Positions 56,401-64,000 of a DNA stretch of 64,000 nucleotides are shown piece after piece (the first letter of the stretch is position 1; each line of letters opens with the position of its first letter). The notes under the pieces were generated by a model. The model was not told the origin of the DNA and did no database searches. It worked only from the letters and a program-made list of their open reading frames with translations. The stretch comes from Octopus vulgaris (Eukaryota): contig OX597828.1 in NCBI GenBank assembly GCA_951406725.2, forward strand, positions 54,684,001-54,748,000. Reading direction: 5' to 3'. Position numbers and translations under genes: made by a program.

Positions 56401-57139
56401 CAGTAGTTCTCGGATCTTTTCAATCTCAAGCACAGATTTTTTAATTATTTATTTTTAATTAAACACCTTGAAACTTCGGATACTGGTTGAATGTGTCACG
56501 TAGAACAGGATTTACTCTTAATGATTTTGACAAAATTTTGTTTTTTAGAAGTTATTTCGTGTTAAAGTTGTCGTATTTCGGTAATTTTAACTAACCAACG
56601 ACGTGTATTCAGCTGAAGAAATTTACTGCTCCTGTTTGCGAACAACAACTTGATTGATTAAAATTAGCCAAATACGACAACTTTATCACGAAATAACTTC
56701 TAAAATACAAAATTTTGTCAAAAACGCTAAGAGTAAATCGTGTTCTACGTGACACATTCAACTAGTATCCGAAGTTTCAAAGTGTTTAGTTTTAAAAAAT
56801 TAATAAAATATATATGCTTGCGATTGAACAGATCTTAGTTCTCAACCGAGGTCCATATGACGCTTTGGGGTTCATTTAAGATATTTTTGGTGGGGGTGGG
56901 GTCCACAATATTCTATGGGTCCAGAGAAAAAATTGCTTTAGATGTGTTTATTGCAAGAAAAAACTAGGTTTCTTTCTCTGGCATTTTACACAAGTGAATG
57001 ACTGATAACGAAATTAAGAATTTTGAAAGAAGTATCTATCAAACCAGTTTTTAAACATCGAATGGTTATGGGAGTCTACCAGAATAAAATAGTAATTAAA
57101 GGGGTCCATAGAGAAAAAAAATGTGGTTGAGAACCCTTG
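56401..57139. mobile_element. hAT MITE (inverted relative to 50710-51058), interrupted in its TIR
   Basis: cagtagttctc|..|aacc..ggttgagaacccttg; imperfect TSD atgtagaa/acgtagag. Confidence 0.75.
56412..56835. mobile_element. Palindromic MITE with ~185-bp TIRs and an 8-bp TSD (Merlin- or MULE-like)
   Basis: Arms ~56412-56597 and ~56651-56835; exact TSD tagttctc at 56404-56411 and 56836-56843. Confidence 0.85.
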
Positions 57140-59273
57140 ACGTAGAGGATTCCTCGTTTGCTCATTTTATTATGGCTTCAAGGGGTTGGCGGAGTGCAGA
57201 CAAATAAGAAAGGCTGCAAAAATATTTCTCTACGATACACAATCACACACTGAAGTTGATGGAGAGATACCAGCTAAACCCTTTAACATAGTCATCAAAT
57301 AAGGAAAAGAGAGAGAGAGAAATTAGAGAGGAGGAGGGGAAGAAAGGAGGGAAGGAGGGAGAGCGTGAAACAGACAGAAAGACAGACGAGGAGGTAGAGG
57401 CTGAAGGAGAGAGGGGGTGCCGAGACAGATGTCGACATTCTGCTATATGTCATGCTCTTCTGATAAAATCAAATCGGTGAAAATTCTTTTCTAAACACAA
57501 AAAGATCGAAAACTGGAATGACAAAAATGTGGTATTTTGGGAGCGAGTATAAGATGGATTAGGGAGGAACCTCGTTGAAGGACGCAGAAGCTGGACATAT
57601 CCTTTAAAAACGAACTTTATCACACACACACATACACACACGCATAAACACATACACACACACACACTCAGCTCATGTGTATGTGAATGTATGAGTACAC
57701 ATATGTATGATACATACATACATACATATATACATACACTCACACGCATATATATATATATATATATATATATGCAAGTATGTATATACACATATGTATC
57801 CATACACACATATTCTAAGGAATGTGCTATGAACTCACACAGCAATAAGACAGACAAAGATACACGTAAACAAACATACATACACACAAACACACATACA
57901 TACATACATACATATATAATACACACATACATACATACATACATACATACATACATACATACATACATACATACATACATACACACACACAAACACACAT
58001 AGTACCCAACAACACGAATGCTGGACATTTACTGTCAATAGAAGTCTGGATTATTTACTTTGGGTTTTGGTCAGTTTGTAACCGGAATATGAAACTATAT
58101 TATAATGTTGCTGTTGTTTTATTTAATACCAGGTCAGGGCTGATAGAGGTTCTTTTTCATGTGTTCTCTCTCCTGAGTCTCCAATCTCTTAGGGGAAAAC
58201 TTCGAAATATTCTATAGGCTCAGATAATTTTGGAGAAGAAGCAGAAACTCATTATCATCCGGTTGTGGATCGCGAATGGGACACCTCTTTCCACCGATGC
58301 GCAGCCACGTGACGAACAATGTGTTGCTTCGCCGGATACTTTTACAGTCGGATCACACTGTGGAGATATCTCAGCTAATGTTGCTGTCCAGGTTATTTAT
58401 AATCAAAGGTGGCTCATTCGAATGTTTGTTTACATAAGCAATGAACAAGTAGAAAAAATTGAGCAAAATACTGCATTGCTAGCAAAACGGGATGTGATTA
58501 GTGTATAGAATGTACAAGTTGAACGATCCTGAATCGATCAATAGGAAACGATAGACTGATCAACATTTTCATAAAATCTACTTTAAGACAACAAGATCTG
58601 GAAAATGATATACAAGCAAATATAAGAAAACTACTGCACCAGATGATAGATAAGGGATACACAAGTTAACTGCCTAGTGAGACATGAAACAGTTTGGAAA
58701 ACAGAATGCGATTACGCAGTAGACAAGCATATGTAGAACGACTACTAAAATGATCAATGAGAAATAATATACATATATTTTTTTTAAACGGAGGCTAACA
58801 TGATATAAAAGCCGAAATGTAGATAAATAATAGCGAAGTCAGCCAATGAAAACATATAACATCCAACGAACTGGTAAATGAAATAACGAATAACATTGGT
58901 AACTGCTAAGCAATCATCAATTACAAATAGATGAAAGGGAACGCCATTTTCCTGGCCCCTCTTTTAAAAAATGACTGTTGATGGATGGGCAGAGCTCATG
59001 AGCTTTGCTAACTGGTGAGTATGGCAGAGAAGATATCCAGTTTTTGGACATCTGTGTGAAATACGTGGGTGATAAGGGAATACTCGAGTAAGGATATTTT
59101 GGGTAAGAATAAAAATAGATCCTGGAGGGGAAAATTTACCATGAATTACCCATTGATTTACAGAGTCTTTTTTGCTACCTCTCTGTTCTTTCTCTTCTTT
59201 ACATATGGAAAAATTGGAATATTGTTTGTGCTTATATATGTACATACACAGATGCGCACACATACATATATAC

Positions 59274-59508
59274 TTATTTCTTTACTACCCACAAGGGGCT
59301 AAACACAGAGAGGACAAACAAGGACAGACAAACTGATTAAGTCGATTATATCGACCCCAGTACGTAACTGGTACTTATTTAATCGACCCCGAAAGGATGA
59401 AAGGCAAAGTCGACCTCGGTGGAATTTGAACTCAGAACGTAACGGCAGACGAAATACTGCTACACATTTCGCCCGGTGTGCTAACGTTTCTACCAGCTCG
59501 CCGCCTTT
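59274..59508 (-). mobile_element. SINE family A
   Basis: Full-length consensus-like copy. Confidence 0.9.
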
Positions 59509-60519
59509 TATATATATATACATATATACTGACATATGCACACACACACGCACGCGCACGCAGTCATGAATAAAATGGATCTACGTCGGTTTCGAAGATG
59601 TGTATTCGGATGTCAGACCCATTGGACTACCTGTTCATTGAATTAACGGGTAAATTGCCGAGTGTTCCACAGACCCGATTATATAACCACCCAAATACTC
59701 TCAATATAGTTATTAATTAGAATCAGCGTTACTCCGTGTGCGAAAAGGCAGAATTTTCAATTAAAGGTATAGTCCGTCTGATAGGATTCCACGCAGTTTC
59801 CGTCATTCACTTTTATTCACAGGGTTTGTTCAATCCGATGGTATATAAAAAGACACTTCCTGAAGATAATTTTTAGTTTTTAAAACTGTAAAAATGCCCA
59901 GCTTGGAACATTAAAGACAAGACGGCTGAATAATGGACAAGGTTCTCTACTTCCAGTTCATCGGTTTTATGTTCAAATCCAGTACAGGCGGTTGGTTGTG
60001 TCACTGGAGAAGACACACAAAATCATGTTTTTATAGTTAATCGAGCTGTGAAAAAACATGTATGAGAACATCAGCCTAATTTGTTTTTGTCCATTCTTGT
60101 TTCCTGTTCATTGGGAGTTTTAACTTTTTAACTTTCATCTGACACTACATGAACCAATGCAATCACTGTCTCCTGTTATCCCCGAGAATTCTGGGAGAAT
60201 TTCTTTTAAATTTTATTTACAATATATCACTGATTGGTCCTGGGCAAGACATTGAAATGCATTTAGTAGTGAAGCTCCTGATCAAGAGTTCAGAAGTCTG
60301 GCGGAGTATGAAGTTACTCCTTAGTCATGACTACTTCCAGAACTACTCAAGCCCAGAGTGACGGGACCTTTTAAGAGACCTTCTTCTGCTCTTTGATTCA
60401 GTTATGGATCAAATGGCAGAAGATGGTCGTGTAGTTAACGTGCATAGGACGCAGAAGGGGGTTAGTGTTAGACATGCTTCACAAAGATCCATTGGTGTGT
60501 AGGCAGGCTCTAATGTTAT

Positions 60520-60870
60520 GTAAAAGGGGTAAAGACCCGCTTCGATCATGAATGACCATGGGATTGCACCTAGAAAAGATTCTCCTCCAGGGCACAAGTC
60601 CGACACGGTTGTTTATGGAAGAAAAGCAGTCGGCCATGCATACCAGCGTCCCCTCACCACTCCACTGATGATATCCAAGGGAAAGGCAAAGGGACCGATA
60701 CAGCTTGGCACCATTGACGTCACAAGTAATTTCTACAGCTGAGTGAACTGGAGCAACATGAAATAAAGTGTCTTGCTCAAGAACAAAGCACACAATCCGA
60801 TCTGGAAATCGAACTCACGACCTCATGATTATGAACCCCATGCTCTAACCACTGAGCCATGCGCCTTCAC
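60520..60870 (-). mobile_element. tRNA-derived CORE-like SINE family C
   Basis: Minus strand has A-box tggctcagtggttagagc, B-box gagttcgattt, then gttcttgagcaagacacttta (CORE-like). Confidence 0.8.
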
Positions 60871-61011
60871 TGATGTTATGTGAACCATTCTAACCTGCTG
60901 AGGGATTGAATAGTCCCTGCGCCTCAACGGTAAGCAAAAGACGATCAGAATAAACGGGCAACCGTTGTATGTTTACTCAAATAAGACATGAATTTTAAAA
61001 CGGATGGTCCA

Positions 61012-61430
61012 GGTGCAGGAGTGGCTGTGTGGGAAGTAACTTGCTTACCAACCACATGGTTCTGGGTTCAGTCCCACTGCGTGGCACCTAGGGCAAGTGT
61101 CTTCTAGTATAGCCTCGGGCCGATCAAAGCCTTGTGAGTGGATTTGGTGGGCGGAAACTGAAAGAAGCCTGTCGTATATATGTATAAATATATGTGTGTG
61201 TGTGTGTGTGTATGTTTGTGTGTCTGCGTGTGTCCCCCTAGCATTGCTTGACAACCGATGCTGGTGTGTTTATGTCCCCGTCACTTAGCGGTTCGGCAAA
61301 AGGGACCGATAGAATAAGTACTAAGCTTACAAAGAATAAGTCCTGGAGTCAATTTGTTCGACTAAAGGCGGTGCTCCAGCATGGCCGCAGTCAAATTACT
61401 GAAACAAGTAAAAGGGTAAAGAGTAAAGAG
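61012..61430 (+). mobile_element. SINE family B, full length
   Basis: tRNA-like head, CORE-like ggcacctagggcaagtgtctt, internal (TA)/(TG)n and a gtaaaag tail. Confidence 0.88.
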
Positions 61431-61461
61431 TATGGAAGGTTCATGATCGATTACGCCTGTA

Positions 61462-61502
<41 letters not shown>

Positions 61503-62034
61503 GAAGATAGAAAGGGAAAGAAAGAGAGACAGTATCGATGGTACTAATCGAACATACACGAAATGCTAAACAAAGAACAAAAAAAAAACACGAGTGCCAC
61601 CGTTAATATTTGAACTCAAAACCCGTTGGGCAACGATAACATAAATAGCTTAAGAAAACAAACTCTTGCTCAACTTTATGCTTCGATAATTTGCATAGCA
61701 GCGCTGCCGTTTCTAATTGTATTACATCTGATGACAACAAAATTAATTTTATGCTGCAATGCAATTCTGTTTGGTACAGCTGAGTGCTGGCTCGTAAAAT
61801 CTATTTCTCCTTCATAAAGACATCCAAGTGTTGTCATTGAGTGTTAAATAACTTCTGTATTCATTTCGTATTCATTCAGTGTGAAGTAATATTGAAAGCA
61901 GCTCCCTTGCATAATCGAAGACATTCCATTTAAACATCATGCGTAAAGCAAAGCTGAACTTCCTAGACATATATACACTTGGGCACTTAAGATTCGACAC
62001 TCATCTCACCAACTTATACAAATGAATCATAGTC

Positions 62035-62078
<44 letters not shown>

Positions 62079-62779
62079 GCTCACACTCGCACATTCACGC
62101 ACACAAACACATACATACATGCATGCACGCACACATCAATTTCCATTTGCATAGGTATACATCCATGTACACACATATCCACACATATAGAATCAATGCT
62201 ACCACTATCGTTATATATTTTTGTCACAAATTAAAAAGATTGGCAGAAGGAAGCTATTTCCTTAATCAGACTCTGCTTGTTACCGAAACAAAATATTCAG
62301 GCGTGCCTCACACACATACGTCAGCAAGTGTGTGTATACGCAAGTATGTATGTATGCATGTATGTATGTATGTATGTATGTATTTATGTATGTGTGTGTG
62401 TATGTATGTATTATGTATGTATGTATTATGTATGTATGTATGTATGTATGTATGTATGTATGTGTGTGTGTATGTATGTATTATGTATGTATGTATTATG
62501 TATGTATGTGCTTGTGTATGTGTGAATACGTGTGTGCGTATATGCGTATGTGTGTGTGTAAAAATTGAACTATATACCTTATATATACACAGCAACCCTA
62601 GCTGCTAACGGTAAGTTATAAAGCAATTTTGTCAACTTATCGAACTTCGATATGAGAAAAAATTTATACCCTTCTACATCAGTAAACCGCTACTGTTTCT
62701 GAAAGTTATTCTTCAAACTGTTCGAAGCTTACTAATTTCCTACATATTGATCCTTCGATCTTACCTTTATATATATACG

Positions 62780-62994
62780 CGAGGAGTGCTGAAAAGTTTC
62801 TGGCTATAAAGATATCGCGAAAAGCCTGGTTCGAGGCCCAACCGTCCGAGTTCTTCTACCGGGATTAGAAAAACTGAAATATCGCTGCTATAAGTGTGTG
62901 AATCTGAGATAGGAATATGTTGAATAAAATCATAATTTACTGATCCTCTTGCATTTTCTTTTACCCACGTTTAGGAACTTTTCAGCACTCCTTG
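62780..62994. mobile_element. mariner-type MITE
   Basis: TIR cgaggagtgctgaaaagtttct / aggaacttttcagcactccttg, in a TA-rich context. Confidence 0.8.
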
Positions 62995-62998
62995 TATA

Positions 62999-63032
<34 letters not shown>

Positions 63033-64000
63033 CATACATACATACACACACACACACATGCACACACACATAACTATATAGAGATTATACAAGGTGTCTT
63101 CATCAACTGACCTAATGTAATAGGTATGTGCATGTTTTATGAGAGCTCAGTTTGGTTTACCTCTAAAAGTCTGGTCTTGAACTGCGACTGAAAAATGAGG
63201 TACTGTAAATGCTTATCAAAGGTGGCTATAAGTGGTTTTTCCTTGAGCGAAATTCGTAATGTACTTTTAACTATAATTTCACTATTTATTTAAACTTGGA
63301 ACTACGAAACGCATATACTTTTCATTCTGATCCTTCATTCATTTTTCAGCAAACTGGAAAGTACTAAAATCCTCGATTGGGTTGCTTCTTCATGTCTATG
63401 TTTTCTGACTTCTTTTCTTTGACGACGGTATACTTAGCTTATGGAATCCTTACTCAATACCATGATCCACATTCTGGGATATTCTAGAAACAGCTGTAGG
63501 AAACTCAAACTTTTTATCCTATTCTGTATTATGTTTATATTCTCTATTTAATTTAAATGCATTTCGAGTGATGCCAAATGCTTTGCTTTTCCCTTCTCTA
63601 CTTTAATCTATACATAAACACACACACACACACACACATACATCTATATGTACACACACGCACACATATCTATATGTATACACACGCACACATAAAATGT
63701 GAGTTGAATGCAAACATATAAGAGAAAAGGAGTGAAAGGAAAGAGGGAGAGAGAACTATCAACTGCTTTGAGATTCACAAAGTGTACTTCGATAAATTCT
63801 CATCAGAAATTTACTAATAGTTTTAATTAAAAATGAGATTAATCAAGTGTGTACATAGGAATGGAAGTGATTGGTGTTTGCAAGAAGTTGATACAGAATT
63901 TGCAATTCAAGGAATCCCATAAAGTTCTGTGAGTGTATGTTTATTCATGCATACACGCACACACATGTACGTGGAGAGAGAGAGAGAGAGAGAGAGAGAG

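Noticed and set aside
58230-58508. 92-aa non-repetitive ORF
   Set aside because: TTG start and no motif I recognise; possibly decayed transposon sequence.
60790-60870. tRNA gene
   Set aside because: It is the head of a SINE and runs into a CORE-like body; the same applies to the other SINE heads.
63130-63400. Possible hAT C-terminal remnant on the minus strand (IIVKSTLRISL)
   Set aside because: Only one short motif; not enough for a call.

Overview
This is a eukaryotic, AT-rich window saturated with repeats. The SINE families and very dense (TA)n, (CA)n, (TAA)n and (CATA)n microsatellites suggest an octopus or other coleoid cephalopod genome (inference). I can support no host protein-coding exon, and nearly all listed ORFs are microsatellite artefacts. 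Retroelements: several 5'-truncated R4/Dong-type non-LTR elements (restriction-like endonuclease) inside (TAA)n or (CATA)n tracts, Tx1/L1-like and RTE-like 3' remnants, and about 30 tRNA-derived SINE copies of three families. DNA transposons: Tc1/mariner fossils (TRT-like, maT-like, mariner), hAT and Merlin fossils, several MITEs and two non-autonomous Helitrons. The most interesting signal is a set of short non-coding elements next to (TA)n tracts that carry minimal hammerhead-ribozyme motifs (Penelope pLTR/retrozyme-like), including a 162-bp palindrome with one hammerhead on each strand. A 1.5-kb 'duplication' (7843-9310) looks like a two-haplotype consensus mosaic that exposes polymorphic LINE insertions. 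Coordinates were read by eye and boundaries are approximate.
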